From Mobula hypostoma (Eukaryota): a stretch of DNA of 64,000 nt. The notes under the pieces are model-generated. The model ran no database searches. It was not told the origin of the DNA and saw nothing but the letters and a program-made list of their open reading frames with translations. Positions 63,014-64,000 of this stretch are shown piece after piece (the first letter of the stretch is position 1; the number at the start of each line of letters is the position of its first letter). The position numbers and the translations under genes are program-made. The DNA is taken from positions 139,190,001-139,254,000 of the forward strand of contig NC_086097.1 of NCBI RefSeq assembly GCF_963921235.1, written 5' to 3'.

Positions 63014-64000
63014 GTAAGGACACCACCATTCATTAGGATTAGTGAGTTAAGGAGTGACAGTCTTTTCCATTGCCATCATCTCTGTGACCCTGGGGTGGAC
63101 CTTACCCTCATTACTCAACAGCTGCTTCATACAAGTGATATCAAGCATACTGTCATCCAGGAAATGGTAGGTCCAATGACCATAGAGTCAAGAGGGTTGG
63201 CTTTAAGGAGAAAGTCCTGGGAGGGAACTCCAGGACTATGGAAAATGAATGGAGTAGTAATTAAATTCTGGGATGAGAAAGGAGCAGAGATGTTAGAATT
63301 TTACGGTATCGGACAAGTTTGTGATAGGGAATGGTGGGTCAAGGAGCGATTTGTAAATCAGGATGAGATTGTGATCATTAGAAGGTGAATTCAGTCATCC
63401 CACCCTCCTTCAAGAGTCATACTCAGTGTAGATTGGTTCACAGTTTCCAGTTCAGATACACGGGTATACATGCACATTGCTTGACAAGGAAGAGTCTGGG
63501 TACAATGTGGAGTCTTTCCCATGCAGTCCCAGCCACTGGGCGGTGAAATGATGAACTGTTTATTGGACTAATTACACACATGCAAGAGGAAGGAAGCTGA
63601 TCAAATCCCTACTCCACATCTGAGGTTCCCAGATCCCTGCTGGAGCCCCTTTCTCCCACCCACCTTCTCTTCTCTTCCCAGGATTGGCACGAGGCAGTGC
63701 GGGGGCAGTGACAGTGTCTGGAACAATGTTGTGGAACGTAGCTGGTCGAGAGCACAAGATCCCCCACCGGAACATCTGCGGCTTTCCGCAGCTGGCAAAT
63801 CCTGACTCGAACATTATTAACCCTTAAAACAAAATTAGCTAAAGCACTTTAAATAATAAATTAAAACAAACAACAGCAAATAATTTAGTATATATAATTG
63901 GCCTTTATCCCTTTGTTACTTACTGATTAACACAGAAGGAGGCTATTCTGTACGTTGGGTCCATGCTGATTCCCAACAGGACAATTCCATTAGTCTCAAA

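Noticed and set aside
63020-63900. ORFs 62969-63388 and 63572-63814 as genes
   Set aside because: Out of frame with or antisense to PKHD1L1. Likely degraded retroelement sequence that I could not assign confidently.

Overview
Vertebrate genomic DNA. The repeat landscape (CR1 LINEs with microsatellite tails, HE1/V-type SINEs, Rex1-like LINEs, Penelope-like palindromes) points to a cartilaginous fish, probably a ray; this is an inference. Three host genes were reconstructed by hand from splice sites and protein recognition, in the same order as in human: NUDCD1 coding exon 1 (minus), head-to-head with a complete 4-coding-exon ENY2 (plus, 96 aa), followed by the first 10 coding exons of PKHD1L1 (plus, ~255 codons, continuing beyond the window). 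The rest is mostly nested mobile DNA. (1) An 11.5-kb decayed endogenous retrovirus (27889-39411, minus) has paired LTRs, a GACT target-site duplication, a tRNA-Ser primer-binding site, pol, and a gamma-type env. It inserted into an older CR1 and was later invaded by four other elements, including a nearly intact young CR1 with an esterase ORF1. (2) Several Penelope-like elements and palindromes carry a minimal hammerhead-ribozyme motif (CAGUC-CUGAUGA-stem II-GAAAC-GUC-GACUG); one was split by a solo LTR. (3) Two hAT transposons have 8-bp TSDs. (4) Two tRNA-headed SINEs share a head but have different tails. (5) An inverted pair of near-identical CR1 copies brackets two PKHD1L1 exons. Most ORFs in the supplied track are TE fragments or spurious. 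Boundaries of degraded repeats are approximate.
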